From NCBI GenBank assembly GCA_001779925.1, contig MFEK01000010.1, forward strand, positions 19,377-83,376: 64,000 nucleotides of DNA, in the 5' to 3' direction. The DNA comes from Candidatus Doudnabacteria bacterium RIFCSPHIGHO2_01_FULL_46_14. GTDB lineage: Bacteria; Patescibacteriota; Doudnabacteria; UBA920; 2-01-FULL-46-14. Below are positions 30,063-39,739 of the stretch, one piece after another (the first letter of the stretch is position 1; each line of letters begins with the position of its first letter). The position numbers and the translations under genes are program-made. The notes under the pieces were generated by a model that was not told the DNA's origin, ran no database searches, and saw nothing but the letters and a program-made list of their open reading frames with translations.

Positions 30063-30191
30063 TCCCTCCCCTTACCGGCGGTCCCCCGAAAGCGTAATCG
30101 CTTTCGGGGTAGACTTGAGGGGGAGGGACTGAGGGAGGGGTGTGGTATTGAAGTTTCACCCCCACCTTGCCTCCCCCATCAAGGGGGAGGA
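30063..30191. repeat. family A doublet (tails inward) with nested second palindrome
   Basis: CCCTCCCC..[CCCCGAAAGCG-TAAT-CGCTTTCGGGG]..TTGAGGGGGAGGG-ACTGAGGGAGGGGTG ... CACCCCCACCTTG-CCTCCCCCATCAAGGGGGAGG. Confidence 0.88.
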
Positions 30192-30201
30192 ATAAAATCA
30201 G

Positions 30202-30519
30202 TCACAACTTCTTCAAACGATCAAGAACCAGGCGATAACCTCCCCTGCCGTGCTTGAGCCAATGCGCGACGCGGGTCACTGTGGACGTGCTGGTTTCGGC
30301 TTTATCGGCAATGCTCATATAAGTCATTTTGAGACGCAGCATACGAGCGATGCGAAAGCGCTCGGCCATTTCTTTAAGCTCTCGCATAGTCATGAGGTCG
30401 CGGAAAAAATCCTCGCATTCCTTGACTGTTTTCAACTTCAAAATCCCCTGGAACAGGGTCCTAGTGTCGTCGTTTTCCCAGCCGTACAGCTCGTCGTTCA
30501 ACATGAAAGAAAGCCTCAT
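30202..30519 (-). CDS. TrpR-related YerC/YecD (HisR-like) regulator
   Basis: FFRDLMTMRELKEMAERF, STSTVTRVAHWLKHGRGGY. Confidence 0.9.
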   Translation of the reverse strand: MRLSFMLNDELYGWENDDTRTLFQGILKLKTVKECEDFFRDLMTMRELKEMAERFRIARMLRLKMTYMSIADKAETSTSTVTRVAHWLKHGRGGYRLVLDRLKKL

Positions 30520-30526
30520 TAATAAT

Positions 30527-30566
30527 GCTATATTAGCATGTTAACACGCTAGTATAGCCGTGTCAA
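30527..30566 (-). promoter_or_regulatory. sigma70 promoter with overlapping palindromic operator
   Basis: TTGACA (30566-30561), N17, TAACAT; 32-bp imperfect palindrome GCTATATTAGCATGTTAACACGCTAGTATAGC. Confidence 0.75.
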
Positions 30567-30580
30567 GCCCTCTGAATTTT

Positions 30581-30617
30581 CCCTCCCCTCAATGGGAAGG
30601 GATTGAGGGGAGGGGTG
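30581..30617. repeat. family A single unit
   Basis: CCCTCCCCTCAATGGGAAGGG-ATTGAGGGGAGGGGTG. Confidence 0.8.
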
Positions 30618-30632
30618 TATAATATAAATAGC

Positions 30633-31262
30633 ATGAATATTTTCAGCAATTTAAATACTTCCGAATTGAGAGTCTTTCAAAGGCTCAACTCCCCTGCCAA
30701 GATTCAGGACTATCTGGAAACGATCCCGATCAATTTTGAACGAAACGGACAGACATGCTATTCACCGAGGCAGGTTTTGAAGTTTAATCGCGCGCACTGC
30801 ATGGAGGGGGCGATGCTGGCCGCCACTATCCTCTATTTCCACGGTCATAAGCCGCTCATTGTAGACCTACGCGCTCACAAGCGCGACCGAGATCATGCTA
30901 TTGCGGTTTTTAAAGTCGGCGGCAAATGGGGCGCCATCTCCAAAACCAACCACGCAGTGCTGAGATATCGCGAACCGATCTATAACTCCATCCGCGAACT
31001 CGTTATGTCGTATTTCCACGAATATTTCCTGGACAACGGAAAAAAAACTTTGCGCAGTTACAGCCTGCCAGTGGACTTATCAAAATTTGATTCCAAAAAT
31101 TGGATCACTTCCCCGCAAGACCTCTGGTATATTGATAAGTATTTAAACCAAGTCCACCACATCCCTATTCTAAATAAAAAGCAGATCGCATCTCTGCGAT
31201 CTGCTGACAGAATTGAAATCCAGGCAGGCAAACTCACCGCTCAGAAGAAAAATCAGAACTAG
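30633..31262 (+). CDS. conserved protein with transglutaminase-like Cys-His-Asp pattern
   Basis: AHCMEGA, DRDHAIAVF, WGAISKTNH, MSYFHEY. Confidence 0.7.
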   Translation: MNIFSNLNTSELRVFQRLNSPAKIQDYLETIPINFERNGQTCYSPRQVLKFNRAHCMEGAMLAATILYFHGHKPLIVDLRAHKRDRDHAIAVFKVGGKWGAISKTNHAVLRYREPIYNSIRELVMSYFHEYFLDNGKKTLRSYSLPVDLSKFDSKNWITSPQDLWYIDKYLNQVHHIPILNKKQIASLRSADRIEIQAGKLTAQKKNQN

Positions 31263-31774
31263 TTTTCAATTATCTCAACTGGAAAATTCTCGGACTCCTT
31301 AATTAAATAGTCCTGAATAATTCTTGATGCCTCAAAACCTTCAATTCGATCATAGGTGCGCTCCCTGTGCTGAAAATATTGTGAACTATGCTTTTCTTTA
31401 TCGGGCGTCTCTATGAGTATCAATTTACCAAATTTTTGTAGCTTTTGAGGATCCAAAAACGCAGCTTCCATAATCAAATTGTCCGGAAACTTGCTTATCT
31501 CCCTGTCCACATAAAAGGACATACTCTCTCTAACGGCCTTTAAGCCTTTAACCACATTTTCTTCCGTGAGCGCGCCAAATCTCCTGAACGCTTCCTTGGT
31601 TCCCACATACAGGAAGGGGTCTTCTTTTTCGGTTTTTTCTTTTTGTGCCACTACTTCTCGCAGATAATCAGCTTCGACCAAGGGGTAATCTAATTCTGAT
31701 TTCAATCTCCGGCCATAGGTAGTTTTGCCTACTCCCGGCGCTCCATATATAAAAATTTTTGAAACTGGCTCCAT
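31259..31774 (-). CDS. P-loop kinase-like protein
   Basis: IFIYGAPGVGKTT. Confidence 0.75.
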   Translation of the reverse strand: MEPVSKIFIYGAPGVGKTTYGRRLKSELDYPLVEADYLREVVAQKEKTEKEDPFLYVGTKEAFRRFGALTEENVVKGLKAVRESMSFYVDREISKFPDNLIMEAAFLDPQKLQKFGKLILIETPDKEKHSSQYFQHRERTYDRIEGFEASRIIQDYLIKESENFPVEIIEN

Positions 31775-31918
31775 AAATCCAATCATAACAAAAAAGCGCC
31801 TCTTCAGCGATTGTGATAGCCTTGCGGACAGCCATGGTACAATTCGCGCGAATTGTACCATGCACAAAATAAGGCTCAACACGTGTTGAGCCTTATTTTC
31901 CCAGACTTTTGTGCTAAT

Positions 31919-32170
31919 TCAAACCCGTTTCTCGACAGTGATTGTGCATTTAGCCACTAGCGCGGCGATTGCGCCAACTGCGGCAAAGACTGGCAGCAAA
32001 GCCGCACCAACCACGCCGATGGTCAGCGGAATTTCGATAAGGCTTTTGCCTTCTTCGTTTTTGATGATGATCCGGCGGACATTGCCGGCTTTCACAATTT
32101 CCTTGATCTTGCGCAAAACATCCTCCCCGGAAATCTTGAACTCTTCAATTGTAAATTGTTCTTCTGCCAT
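31919..32170 (-). CDS. DUF4342 protein
   Basis: GNVRRIIIKN, EIPLTIG, AAVGAIAAL. Confidence 0.88.
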   Translation of the reverse strand: MAEEQFTIEEFKISGEDVLRKIKEIVKAGNVRRIIIKNEEGKSLIEIPLTIGVVGAALLPVFAAVGAIAALVAKCTITVEKRV

Positions 32171-32181
32171 ATAACAAAAAA

Positions 32182-32337
32182 TTAATCAATAAACCCCGGA
32201 CAAGTACATCCTTCAAACCGGCAGCTCGCCTCCCTTTCCGGTTCATCCAAATCTTCGGAAAAAGACTCGTGCGCGCCCGACGGATGACTGCAAGTTTTAC
32301 AAGCTGGCCCTATTTTTTCGTGTTCGTCGTTATTCAT
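32182..32337 (-). CDS. 51-aa putative zinc-binding micro-protein
   Basis: MNNDEHEKIGPACKTCSHPSGAHESFSEDLDEPEREASCRFEGCTCPGFID*; fills the intergenic gap. Confidence 0.65.
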   Translation of the reverse strand: MNNDEHEKIGPACKTCSHPSGAHESFSEDLDEPEREASCRFEGCTCPGFID

Positions 32338-32358
32338 CCCGTTAAATCCTGGTAATAA

Positions 32359-32805
32359 TTATTTCGTTCGGCTATAAAGGCCGATTATTTGGGCTTGGCC
32401 GAGAATATGATTTTCCATGGCTTGTTCCAGGCCGGATTTGTCAATGCTCGCCGGCAAATCCAAAGTCGTATCCAGAGCGTAGAGTTTAAAAAAATAATGA
32501 TGCGCCCCGGAAGGAGGGCATGGTCCGCCGTAGCCAGGTTTGCCAAAACTCGTAGTCCCCTCTACTCCGGCTGGTGGCACGGAATTTTCAGCGATTTGTT
32601 TTGTTGCCGGGTTGATATTCCAGACCAGCCAATGCACCCAGCCATCGGCCACTGGCGCATCCGGATCATCGACAATCAAGGCCAAACTTTTCGCCTCGGC
32701 AGGAATGTCAGAAATCTCCAGAGGCGGATTTACATTTTCCTCGTCGCAAGTATATTTTGCCGGAATATTTTGATTGTTGGCGAATGCCGAGCTTGTGATT
32801 TGCAT
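32359..32805 (-). CDS. YbhB/YbcL (PEBP) family protein
   Basis: DDPDAP, WVHW, YGGPCPPSGAHHYFFKLYALD. Confidence 0.93.
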   Translation of the reverse strand: MQITSSAFANNQNIPAKYTCDEENVNPPLEISDIPAEAKSLALIVDDPDAPVADGWVHWLVWNINPATKQIAENSVPPAGVEGTTSFGKPGYGGPCPPSGAHHYFFKLYALDTTLDLPASIDKSGLEQAMENHILGQAQIIGLYSRTK

Positions 32806-32814
32806 ATCATGACT

Positions 32815-33447
32815 TCATTTGTTACTTAAGGTCGCCACTTTGATTCCCAGGGCGATGAGGACTGCGCCCATGACTCGTTCGAGGTAATGCTGGACTCCGG
32901 CAAAACGACTTTTTACGATCGGGCTGGAGAAAATAATACCGACAAGAGAAAACCACAGTAAAGTAGCTAGCGACATTTCCAAACCATACACGAGCTGAAT
33001 AGCAAGCGGCGTGGCGGGATCAATAATCTGCGTGAACAGCGCAAGGAAAAACGCCGTGGCTTTAGGGTTGAGTGCATTGGTCAAAAAACCCATTTTGATT
33101 GCTTCCCATCTGGAAATGTCTGCTGTTCTTGTTTCTTGGATTTCTGTGGGCGCTGCAGGCTTAGCGCGCAGAGACTTAACCCCAATGAAAATCAGGTAAG
33201 CTGCGCCCAAAAACTTAATGGTGTTAAAAATCATCACAGATTTGGTAATGATAAATCCAATACCCACGAGCGAATAAGTAACGTGCAGGGAAATCCCCAG
33301 CGCCAATCCCAAAGCCGAGTACCTGGCGATCCGCCGGGAATATTTAAAACTGTTTCTGACAATCAGGGCAAAGTCCGGCCCTGGGCTCATCACAGCCAGC
33401 AGATGGATGCCGGCAACTGTCAGCAATTGAGGAAGATAATGCATCAT
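32815..33447 (-). CDS. LysE/RhtB family translocator
   Basis: SPGPDF, GAAYL, GFLTNALNPKA. Confidence 0.92.
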   Translation of the reverse strand: MMHYLPQLLTVAGIHLLAVMSPGPDFALIVRNSFKYSRRIARYSALGLALGISLHVTYSLVGIGFIITKSVMIFNTIKFLGAAYLIFIGVKSLRAKPAAPTEIQETRTADISRWEAIKMGFLTNALNPKATAFFLALFTQIIDPATPLAIQLVYGLEMSLATLLWFSLVGIIFSSPIVKSRFAGVQHYLERVMGAVLIALGIKVATLSNK

Positions 33448-33466
33448 AGCTTTATTTTAGCACTTT

Positions 33467-33952
33467 CTAATTGCCCGCAAATAGCAGATAGATAAAATAG
33501 CCGGCCATGGCAAAAACCACGCCGAGCTTGATTGCTGTGCCGATCAAAAATGCGAGAAACGCCCGCCAAGCGGCTTCGGCAGCTTTGTGCGTATCGTAAG
33601 AGGTTAAAAACTCGCCAACGAACGCCCCGATGAGCGGGCCGAAGATTATACCGAGCGGCCCCAAGAGTACCACGCCAAAAACCGTTCCCAATATCGCCCC
33701 GAGCGCGCCCTTTTTCGAAGAACGCACCCCGAGCGCGGGCGCAAAAAAATCCATGGCAAAGGTCAGGATAGTCAGGACCAAAAAAATCGCAATCGCCCAG
33801 CCGGAAAAATTCTCAAAATGCGTGGCAACCCCATAAAGGATCAACCCGCCCAAAACCAACGGCGGCCCCGGCAAAAACGGCGCGACTGTGCCTACAATGC
33901 CGACCAGAATCAAGATCCCTGAAACAATTGTCCAAAGAATGTCGTAATTCAT
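33467..33952 (-). CDS. DUF456 membrane protein
   Basis: PFLPGPPL, GPLIGAFVGE. Confidence 0.88.
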   Translation of the reverse strand: MNYDILWTIVSGILILVGIVGTVAPFLPGPPLVLGGLILYGVATHFENFSGWAIAIFLVLTILTFAMDFFAPALGVRSSKKGALGAILGTVFGVVLLGPLGIIFGPLIGAFVGEFLTSYDTHKAAEAAWRAFLAFLIGTAIKLGVVFAMAGYFIYLLFAGN

Positions 33953-34308
33953 CTAGTCAGAATTGCCAGACCGGCAGTCAGAAGCATCAGATCAAATTCC
34001 CAGCCGGTAACAGTCTGACCCATAAACGGCATCTTCCATTTAAAAATTTTAAAATAAATCGCGCCCAGCATGATTAGCGCGACAACTGCGGCCGCGTACT
34101 GGACAAATTGATTTGCAATCAAAGCGACCCCGGCCGCGACCTCGATTGCCCCATGAAGCGTGCCAACAAATGAAGGCGCGCCATAAGCGCTCGCTACCTG
34201 CGCTGGATTTTTCAGCTTCGGCACAGCATGCACGATAAAAATTACACCAACCACTGCCTGCAAAACCCAAAAGGCAATGTCCGCGTACTGGTTTAAGCCT
34301 TCAAACAT
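33949..34308 (-). CDS. DoxX family protein
   Basis: IFIVHAVPKL, GWEFDL. Confidence 0.82.
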   Translation of the reverse strand: MFEGLNQYADIAFWVLQAVVGVIFIVHAVPKLKNPAQVASAYGAPSFVGTLHGAIEVAAGVALIANQFVQYAAAVVALIMLGAIYFKIFKWKMPFMGQTVTGWEFDLMLLTAGLAILTR

Positions 34309-34329
34309 ACGATTTCCTTTCTTTTAATT

Positions 34330-35238
34330 TTAACTTAAAATTTCCTGTAAAAGCGCCATCCGCAGATACAGACCGTTTTTAACCTGGGCAAAATATTTAG
34401 CATTGGGGAGGCTGTCTACCTCCATGGCGATTTCATCAATGCGCGGCAAGGGATCGAGCACCACCACGTCTTTATCCTTGAGCATGTCTGCAGTAAGAAT
34501 CAATGCGCGGCGATACTTTTCAAATTCATTCTTCTCCGCAAAACGTTCCTCTTGCAGACGGTTCATGTATAACACATCTGCGTCCAAACCGGATTTGAGA
34601 TCCGCTGTTTCGGTAAGCTGAATGCCTCGCTGCTTTAACTTTTCCAAAAAATCCGGAGCGGCGCGCAAGCTCTCAGGAGAAATGAAAGTCAGCTTATTCC
34701 CACGATACAAACTGAGCAGCAACGCCAGCGAACGAATTGTTCGCGAGTGTTTCGGGTCGCAAGCCAATGCGACGTGCAAATTATCAAGTCGGCCTGTTTC
34801 CCTTTTAATCGTATAAAGGTCATTTAGAGCCTGGGTCGGATGTTCATTTGCACCGTCTCCGGCATTGATCAAAGGTATGTCAGAAACTTTTGCGGCCGCT
34901 TCCGCACTCCCCTCTTTGGAATGTCTGAATACTACGGCATCGGCATATTGATTAACTACACGAATGATGTCCTCAAGCGGCTCACCCCGCGCCGCTTTCG
35001 TGGATTCCATGGCATTTTCCGCGCTGATCACGCCTGCCCCGAGTTTCAAAGCAGCGGCCTCGAACGACAGACGGGTGCGAGTGCTCGGCTCAAAAAATAA
35101 AGTAGCGACAATTTTCCCAGCCAGCGTTTGAGGAATTTTGCCTTTGTCATCCGCCGCCTGCATCCTGTCAGCCAATTTGAAAAGTTTTTCTAGTTCTTTC
35201 GTGTCTGTGAATTGCTCAGCTTTCAAAATATGTTTCAT
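34330..35238 (-). CDS. pyrB: aspartate carbamoyltransferase
   Basis: FFEPSTRTRLSF, NAGDG..EHPTQ, RLQEER, PLPR. Confidence 0.95.
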   Translation of the reverse strand: MKHILKAEQFTDTKELEKLFKLADRMQAADDKGKIPQTLAGKIVATLFFEPSTRTRLSFEAAALKLGAGVISAENAMESTKAARGEPLEDIIRVVNQYADAVVFRHSKEGSAEAAAKVSDIPLINAGDGANEHPTQALNDLYTIKRETGRLDNLHVALACDPKHSRTIRSLALLLSLYRGNKLTFISPESLRAAPDFLEKLKQRGIQLTETADLKSGLDADVLYMNRLQEERFAEKNEFEKYRRALILTADMLKDKDVVVLDPLPRIDEIAMEVDSLPNAKYFAQVKNGLYLRMALLQEILS

Positions 35239-38200
35239 GATTTATTATATTCCTGCCACGATTTAATTTTCAAGTCTTCCAATTTATAGGTCGTCAGAGC
35301 GCGGACAAAGGCGCGCGCGAGAAACAGATCCGTAAACAGTGGGGTGTTATTGTCCACGGTTGCCCGGCGAATGAGATGCCCGTCGGTAATGGTTGAGGCG
35401 ACATTACGCTGTTCATCAGGACTGCGCTCCGTCAGGTTAATCACAAACGCGACCTTTTTTTGGTTGATAAATTCCAGGACATTCAGCTTTCGCGATTCGT
35501 GGACTTTGTAGACTTTGGAGCATTTTACCCCGGATTTATTGAAAAAGTCGCACGTAGTATCAGTCGCGTAAATTTTAAATCCAGCTCTGAGAAGCGCTTT
35601 CGCGCTTTCCAAAAACCGTTTTTTGTTCATGATGCCGCCGAGGGACAAGAGCACGGCTTTTTTGTTGATAAACGGCACGGTAGCATAAACAGATTTGAGA
35701 AGGGCTTCGTCCGCATCATCACCAAAACACGCGACCTCGCCGGTGGAAGCCATTTCCACATGCAGGAGCGGATCCGCGCCTGCAAGCCTGGCAAAAGAAA
35801 ACTGCGGCGATTTTACTACAACGCTACTAGGATAAGGGATTTCAATCCTACGACTTTTACCATAGAACGAGGCCACGATCATTTCCGCAAAATTAACACC
35901 GGTGGCCTTGGAAAGAAGCGGAAAGGTTCGGGACGCGCGGAGGTTTGCTTCAATCACGTAAACCCGGTTGTCTTTGACCAAAAACTGCACGTTTAATGGC
36001 CCGGTGATGGTGAGGGCGCGAGCCAGGGCGGCCCCGACCTTCATGATCTTCTGTTCCGTGGAAGCAAAAACCCGCTGGGTCGGATAAACAATCGTCGCAT
36101 CTCCGGAATGCACGCCCGCATTTTCAATGTGTTCGGAGATAGCTTGCACCTGAATGCGGCCATTTTGCGCGACCGCGTCAAGCTCGATCTCCCGCGCGCT
36201 CGTGAAAAATTTGGAAATAGTCACAGGATGGGTCTTGTTAAGAGTCGTTGCTTTATTTACAAACCATTCCAGCTCGTGCTCATTGTAACAAACTGACATT
36301 GCCGACCCGGAGAGCACGTATGAGGGACGCACCAAAACCGGATAGCCCACCTCGCTTGCAAACTTTTGCGCCTCGGCCATATCCGTAAAACTGTTCCAGC
36401 GCGGCTGGGGGATGGCAAGCCTGTCTAGCAGCGCGGAAAATTTATTACGGTCTTCCGCCCGATCAATATTTTCGGCCGCGGTGCCGAGAAGTTTCGCCCC
36501 ATATTCAGAAAGAGCGTTGGCCAGGTTGTTCGGCGCCTGGCCGCCGACCGACACAACCACGCCTTCGGGTTTTTCAAAATCGAGAATCTCGGTCACTGTT
36601 TCAAATGACAGCTCCTCGAAATAGAGCCTTGCCGACATGTCGTAGTCCGTAGAAACTGTTTCCGGATTGCAATTAATAATGATCGACTGCCTGCCGTATT
36701 TCGGAAGCGCAAGCGCGGTATGGACGCACGACCAGTCAAACTCTACGGACGAACCAATATGATATGGGCCGGAACCCAAAACCACCACGCTTTTTTTACC
36801 AAGGGCCCTCACATCATGGTGCGAACCATTATAGGTCAAGTAAAGATAATTGGTTTTCGCCGGTACCTCGCCTGCCAGCGTGTCGATCTGAAATACCGAG
36901 GGCGTAACACGCAGTTTTTTGCGAAGCTTGCGGATCTCTGTTTCCGGCACATTCCTGATATGCGCTATGCGACGATCAGAAAACCCGAGTTGTTTGAGGT
37001 GCCAAAGCTCGTCTGTTTCCAGTTTCTTATTTCTGGCAAGTCCGAGCTCGGCCTCGACAATATTTTTAACGCGATAAAGAAACCATGGATCAATCCCAGT
37101 CAGAGCTTTGATTTTCCTGATCGGCACATTGCGTTTTATGGCTGAAGCCAGGGCAAATAGACGCTTTGGCGTGGGCACGCGCAAATAGCGCTCAAGCTCT
37201 TCCGGAGAAAAATTATTATCCGTTACGCCTTCCACACGGCCATGGAGCATGCGCACGGCTTTCTGCAGAGCCTCCTCAAACGTGCGGCCAACGGCCATAA
37301 CCTCGCCCACGCTCTTCATGGCACTGCCGATTTTTTCCTCGGCCCCGCGGAATTTTTCCAAATCCCAGCGCGGGATTTTCACTACTACGTAATCAAGCGC
37401 TGGTTCAAAAAAAGACTGGGTAACCTTTGTAACTTGATTCTGTACATCAAGAAGAGATTTTCCAAGGGCAAGTTTCGCGGCTACGTATGCGAGCGGATAA
37501 CCCGTGGCTTTCGAAGCCAAAGCCGAAGATCGGGAGAGGCGGGCGTTGACCTCTATAACTTCAAAATCAAATCCACCCCCACCCCGCCTCCCCCCTCGAG
37601 GGGGAGGAATCCTTCTGTACTTCCCTCCCCTTGAGGGGGAGGGACTAAGGGAGGGGTGAGGGTTTACCGCATATTGAACGTTGCACTCGCCGACTATTCC
37701 CAAAGAACGCACGATTTTTATGGAAGCCTCGCGCAACAAATGATATTCGTCATTGGTCAGGGTCTGGCTCGGCGCCACCACAATCGAATCACCGGTATGG
37801 ATGCCGAGGGGATCGAGGTTTTCCATGTTGCAGACAGTAACGCAATTGTCATAGGCATCCCGAACCACTTCGTATTCAAGCTCTTTGTAGTGATGTAGAT
37901 ATTTTTCTACGAGAATTTGCGAGGAGATAGCGAGCGCGTCTCTTGCAATCTTTTCTAATTCCTCCCTACTCCGCGCCATCCCAGATTTTTGTCCACCGAG
38001 CGCATAAGCCGCTCTGACCATGACCGGGTAGCCAATATTTTTGGCAATCTTTAACGCCTGCGGTAAATTTGTAGCCGCCTTGCTTTTCGGCACGGAAATA
38101 TTTATTTTTTTCAAATGATCAGCAAATTTCTGACGATCTTCAGTAAGAACAATGGCCTCAATAGGGGTTCCGAGCACTGCTACGCCATATTTTTTCAGAA

Positions 38201-38546
38201 CGCCTTTTTTGTGCAAAGCCAGGCCGCAGTTGAGCGCAGTCTGTCCGCCAAATGACAGAAAAATTCCATCAGGCCGCTCTTTTTCTATCACCCGTTCCAC
38301 AAAATAGGGCGTAACCGGCAGGAAATAAATTTCGTCCGCAAGAAGCGGCGAGGTCTGAATGGTCGCAATATTGGGATTTACGAGAATGATTTTGATTCCT
38401 TCCTCCCGCAGAGCTTTCATTGCCTGGCTGCCAGAGTAATCAAACTCGCCTGCTTCGCCGATTTTCAGCGCGCCTGATCCCAGAACTAAAACTTTTTTTA
38501 TACCCCCTCTCCTTTCTAAGGAGAGGGTTGGGGTGAGGTCTCTCAT
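35235..38546 (-). CDS. carB: carbamoyl-phosphate synthase large subunit with two family A insertions
   Basis: GEFDYSGSQA, HTGDSIVVAP, IEVNARLSRSSALASKATG, NPETVSTDYD. Confidence 0.97.
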   Translation of the reverse strand: MRDLTPTLSLERRGGIKKVLVLGSGALKIGEAGEFDYSGSQAMKALREEGIKIILVNPNIATIQTSPLLADEIYFLPVTPYFVERVIEKERPDGIFLSFGGQTALNCGLALHKKGVLKKYGVAVLGTPIEAIVLTEDRQKFADHLKKINISVPKSKAATNLPQALKIAKNIGYPVMVRAAYALGGQKSGMARSREELEKIARDALAISSQILVEKYLHHYKELEYEVVRDAYDNCVTVCNMENLDPLGIHTGDSIVVAPSQTLTNDEYHLLREASIKIVRSLGIVGECNVQYAVNPHPSLSPSPSRGGKYRRIPPPRGGRRGGGGFDFEVIEVNARLSRSSALASKATGYPLAYVAAKLALGKSLLDVQNQVTKVTQSFFEPALDYVVVKIPRWDLEKFRGAEEKIGSAMKSVGEVMAVGRTFEEALQKAVRMLHGRVEGVTDNNFSPEELERYLRVPTPKRLFALASAIKRNVPIRKIKALTGIDPWFLYRVKNIVEAELGLARNKKLETDELWHLKQLGFSDRRIAHIRNVPETEIRKLRKKLRVTPSVFQIDTLAGEVPAKTNYLYLTYNGSHHDVRALGKKSVVVLGSGPYHIGSSVEFDWSCVHTALALPKYGRQSIIINCNPETVSTDYDMSARLYFEELSFETVTEILDFEKPEGVVVSVGGQAPNNLANALSEYGAKLLGTAAENIDRAEDRNKFSALLDRLAIPQPRWNSFTDMAEAQKFASEVGYPVLVRPSYVLSGSAMSVCYNEHELEWFVNKATTLNKTHPVTISKFFTSAREIELDAVAQNGRIQVQAISEHIENAGVHSGDATIVYPTQRVFASTEQKIMKVGAALARALTITGPLNVQFLVKDNRVYVIEANLRASRTFPLLSKATGVNFAEMIVASFYGKSRRIEIPYPSSVVVKSPQFSFARLAGADPLLHVEMASTGEVACFGDDADEALLKSVYATVPFINKKAVLLSLGGIMNKKRFLESAKALLRAGFKIYATDTTCDFFNKSGVKCSKVYKVHESRKLNVLEFINQKKVAFVINLTERSPDEQRNVASTITDGHLIRRATVDNNTPLFTDLFLARAFVRALTTYKLEDLKIKSWQEYNKS
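37573..37658. repeat. family A doublet, in frame in carB
   Basis: Encodes PHPSLSPSPSRGGKYRRIPPPRGGRRGGG. Confidence 0.92.
38503..38540. repeat. family A-like unit forming the carB N-terminus
   Basis: CCCTCTCCTT-TCT-AAGGAGAGGG-TTGGGGTGAGG; encodes LTPTLSLERRG. Confidence 0.8.
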
Positions 38547-39646
38547 TCCAATTTCTTTATAAATTCATCGAAAATCCAGCCAGTGTCGAGCGGGCCGGGG
38601 TGAGACTCGGGATGAAACTGCACAGACATGAACGGCAAATGCTCGTGGATAATCCCTTCGTTGGTTTTGTCATTGACATTCACAAACCAAGCCCGAAAAC
38701 CTTTAGGGATTTTTTTGACCGCAAAACCGTGATTTTGCGTGGTGAGATAAGCGCGCTTAGTACCGACCAGAATGGCCCCGTGGTTTTGCCCGCGGTGGCC
38801 GAATTTTAGCTTATAAGTATCTCCGCCAGCGGCCAGAGTGAGAATCTGGTTACCAAGACAAATACCGAGAATGGGAATTTTTTTTTCTAAAGCAATTTTG
38901 GTAATCGCAATCGTTCTCGTGGCCATCTTCGGATCGCCCGGGCCATTGGAAATAACTATACCGTCAAACTTTAACCGCTTGGCAAAAATATCATAGTCCC
39001 AAGGCACAACTGTCACGCGGATTTTTCTTTTGACCAGTTCGCGGATAATATTCTGTTTTACGCCGCAATCGAAAACCACAACTGTCTTTCGTCCGGAACC
39101 GGATTTTACTATTCGTTTTGTGGAGACCTCTGCAACCAAGTTACGCAAATTAGGATCTGCAAAATCACCCCCACCTAACCTCCTCCCTCGAGGGGGAGGA
39201 ATCCGCGATTTTCCCCTCCCTGGAGGGGAGGGGTTGGGGGAGGGTGAAAATGAGATTTTGCCTAGCATTACACCCTTTTCCCGCAATTTTTTCGTAAGCG
39301 CTCTGGAGTCTTTGATTTCCAGGGCTGGGATATTTTCCGCAGCTAGCCACTGCGCTAACGTCCGCCGCGAAGAATAATGCGACGGCGTATCTATATAATT
39401 AGATACTATCAATCCCGAAACTTTGATGCTGGCTGATTCCCAAACTTTTTTGTCTGGCACGCCATAGTTCCCGACCAGCGGATAAGTGAGTACCAAAATC
39501 TGCCCTTGATACGACGGATCAGTGAGGCTTTCCGGATATCCAACCATTCCCGTGGCAAAAACCACCTCACCAGAAACACTCCTCCGCGCACCGAAGCTGG
39601 TCCCGATTAATTCGGTATTATCTTCTAAAATTAGGCGTCCTAGCAT
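38543..39646 (-). CDS. carA: carbamoyl-phosphate synthase small subunit with family A insertion
   Basis: GYPESLTDPSY, SNGPGDP, GICLGNQ, FGHRGQN, VQFHPE. Confidence 0.97.
   Translation of the reverse strand: MLGRLILEDNTELIGTSFGARRSVSGEVVFATGMVGYPESLTDPSYQGQILVLTYPLVGNYGVPDKKVWESASIKVSGLIVSNYIDTPSHYSSRRTLAQWLAAENIPALEIKDSRALTKKLREKGVMLGKISFSPSPNPSPPGRGKSRIPPPRGRRLGGGDFADPNLRNLVAEVSTKRIVKSGSGRKTVVVFDCGVKQNIIRELVKRKIRVTVVPWDYDIFAKRLKFDGIVISNGPGDPKMATRTIAITKIALEKKIPILGICLGNQILTLAAGGDTYKLKFGHRGQNHGAILVGTKRAYLTTQNHGFAVKKIPKGFRAWFVNVNDKTNEGIIHEHLPFMSVQFHPESHPGPLDTGWIFDEFIKKLE
39165..39247. repeat. family A doublet, in frame in carA
   Basis: Encodes SPSPNPSPPGRGKSRIPPPRGRRLGGG. Confidence 0.92.
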
Positions 39647-39739
39647 AAATTTCTAATTGCTCTAATTTCTAATTGACCTAAATAATGACCAAATCCCAAT
39701 TTCCCAATATTAATCATTGGTGCTTGTTTAGAAATTAGG

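Noticed and set aside
29952-30257. Plus-strand 101-aa ORF (also 46246-46515 and 46894-47226)
   Set aside because: They run through repeats and regulatory leaders or antisense to real genes.
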